From: Elusimicrobiota bacterium
GTDB taxonomy: Bacteria > CG03 > SLGR01 > JBDRKX01
DNA length: 26,912 bases
NCBI GenBank assembly: GCA_043813605.1
Contig: JBDRKX010000036.1
Coordinates: 1-26,912, forward strand
Direction of reading: 5' to 3'
In this document: positions 25,323-26,912 of the stretch, piece by piece
How positions within the stretch are numbered: the stretch's first letter is position 1
Layout: each line of letters opens with the position of its first letter
Made by a program: the position numbers and the translations under genes
Notes under the pieces: generated by a model
The model's input: only the letters and a program-made list of their open reading frames with translations
Told to the model about the DNA's origin: nothing
The model's database searches: none

Positions 25323-26588
25323 TTACCTTCGAAAATCGACTACATAATGATTCCCGTAGACATCGTTATATGCCATGCTTATATTATATACGCTTGTCCA
25401 AACAATGTCTTGTTTAGTCAAGGTGTGTTCAGTAATATCATTTGTAACCATTGGTGAATCATATACCCGGTCGCCCGCCCCCGGCCCATTAATCTGTACC
25501 ATTATACTCTCTATAAAAGCCGTAGGCGTAATATTTGAAGAAGAATCGTTTGGTATTCTGTAAACCCAATTGACATTATTGATTGTTCCATTGCTGTTAC
25601 GGCTCACAGTAGGGACAGCAACAACTATTCTGGAGCTTGCCTGACTTTGATCTGGGATTGAAAAAGTAAGAACTTCCCCCCCGTTAGTTAGTGTAAACTT
25701 ATATTCACCTGATGTAGGTATGGGAGAGGGAGAAGAACCAAGATCTGAATATATGCTATACATAATCAGGCTCGAATTATTCGATTCTGAGCATGTTACA
25801 TTTGTAATACCAGGCCCCGTAACCGTAGCGCCGCCAGAATCTGTAGTACCTTCCGAACATATTGTTACGTTGTGGAATTGCATGGTTACCGTGCTGTTAA
25901 TAATAGGGGTATAAACACCATTAAAATTACCTGCGTTAATTCCATAAGCAATAAATGAACGATAAAATTTATTTTCCAGAATATCTATTACTCCATTACC
26001 ATCTACATCCGGATTTTTTACTACAGACGCAAACATCCCATTACACTGACCTATGGCTATCTGCTCGGCGGCACTAAAAGGAAGTTCATCCCCTAATGGA
26101 TTATGTTCCGGCTCTACACTGGTTCCGGATGTAGTGAGTATTTGAAAATCGATTGTATCTACTCCATCGCTTATCTTGGTTAATGGGATTGAATCAATTC
26201 CGTTCTTTAATGTGAGATACCCCAAATAGTTGTCATTGACACCGGCAAATATCAATCCTACGGGAGTACCGGTTTCAACTTCTATTGAAAAACTACCGTT
26301 AGATACGCTAACAACATTGTGCCAATTACCAAAAAATACAATTGCTTTAGAAACAGTTTCCGCGCTTATTTCAAGTTCCATACTAGAAGACATATTCGCA
26401 GAAGCGAATTCCCCTTTAAGTGTGTATGTCTGTGCCATTTCCGCTTTTATCTCTCTTACTTTCTCATCCAATTCTTTTACCTTCTTCTTTACTGCGCCGG
26501 TCATACCGAAGCTTAAACCGGCAGCAATTAAATTTGAACAGACAAAAATGCTTATCGCAAAAACTGAAAATATTTTTTTAAGTTTCAT
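25323..26588 (-). CDS. Secreted Ser/Thr/Asn-rich beta-strand protein of unknown function
   Basis: 421 aa, GAGG SD, signal peptide, then a charged helix (AVKKKVKELDEKVREIK) and a DVDGNGVID Ca-binding-like motif. Confidence 0.85.
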   Translation of the reverse strand: MKLKKIFSVFAISIFVCSNLIAAGLSFGMTGAVKKKVKELDEKVREIKAEMAQTYTLKGEFASANMSSSMELEISAETVSKAIVFFGNWHNVVSVSNGSFSIEVETGTPVGLIFAGVNDNYLGYLTLKNGIDSIPLTKISDGVDTIDFQILTTSGTSVEPEHNPLGDELPFSAAEQIAIGQCNGMFASVVKNPDVDGNGVIDILENKFYRSFIAYGINAGNFNGVYTPIINSTVTMQFHNVTICSEGTTDSGGATVTGPGITNVTCSESNNSSLIMYSIYSDLGSSPSPIPTSGEYKFTLTNGGEVLTFSIPDQSQASSRIVVAVPTVSRNSNGTINNVNWVYRIPNDSSSNITPTAFIESIMVQINGPGAGDRVYDSPMVTNDITEHTLTKQDIVWTSVYNISMAYNDVYGNHYVVDFRR

Positions 26589-26593
26589 TTTAA

Positions 26594-26911
26594 TTACCTC
26601 ATTTTCCCGAAATAGTAGTAAATACCAAAATTAACCACATACTCCAGCCCGGTGACACTTTCGGAAGTGTCTTTGTCCCTGAGTGACAGAAGGGCAGGAC
26701 CAAAATCCATTTGAAAAGAGAATCTTTTGGTAAAGAAATACTCCCCGCCGACAAATAATTCCCCGGTGAATCCGGTTCCTTCGCTGTCCTCGCCCACGAA
26801 CGAAACAAAGCCCGCTTCCAGCCCCGTAAAAGGTATGAGTTTCTTTTCGGGGCTAAAGTAATAATACCCCCTTAAGCCGCCGACAAAAATGTCTTTCTCA
26901 ATCTGGCATTT
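26594..26911 (-). CDS. Outer-membrane beta-barrel protein, C-terminal part (runs off the window)
   Basis: Frame is open to the window edge (KCQIEKDIFVGGLRGYYYF...FTGLEAGFVSF...FVGGEYFF...VNFGIYYYF), with alternating amphipathic strands ending in aromatics. Confidence 0.75.
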   Translation of the reverse strand, partial: KCQIEKDIFVGGLRGYYYFSPEKKLIPFTGLEAGFVSFVGEDSEGTGFTGELFVGGEYFFTKRFSFQMDFGPALLSLRDKDTSESVTGLEYVVNFGIYYYFGKMR

Positions 26912-26912
26912 A

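Noticed and set aside
25235..25400. Diversity-generating retroelement VR/TR pair
   Set aside because: Differences are mostly synonymous C/T and G/T changes rather than adenine-specific, nucleotide identity is modest, and there is no reverse transcriptase in the window.
1..26912. CRISPR array, tRNA or rRNA genes
   Set aside because: No regularly spaced repeats, cloverleaf or rRNA-like sequence seen by eye.

Overview
Chromosomal window from an AT-rich bacterium, probably diderm given the beta-barrel gene fragment at the right edge. Most genes lie on the minus strand. Left to right these are smpB, a DUF4340-like exported protein, rpe, a kinase-less PASTA protein, a hypothetical membrane protein, xerC, topA, dprA, an XRE regulator, a small membrane protein, a LysM protein, a P-loop kinase and a sucrose-phosphate synthase. 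Further right are a NUDIX hydrolase, a GT-C-like membrane protein, a stand-alone tRNA-binding domain, an ankyrin protein, a lipoprotein, comM/yifB, a secreted protein and a partial beta-barrel. In the middle is a self-contained plus-strand six-gene operon (12535-18945) with its own sigma70 promoter and terminator: DUF2877, fdrA, DUF1116 (AllH/AllF/AllG oxamate-carbamoyltransferase-like trio), a CodA-like deaminase, a cyclase and a nucleoside phosphorylase. It has no carbamate kinase, and its substrate-pocket residues are non-canonical. This is the best candidate for an undescribed nucleoside/heterocycle catabolic pathway. Other leads: a ~550-nt ORF-free, hairpin-dense region upstream of comM with an attC-like long hairpin; a diverged 3' remnant of a paralogue of the neighbouring secreted protein (not a DGR); a probable ATA start hiding a UBA-like N-terminal domain; and an SPS coupled to a kinase rather than a phosphatase. 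All family calls come from motif recognition by eye; no searches were run.
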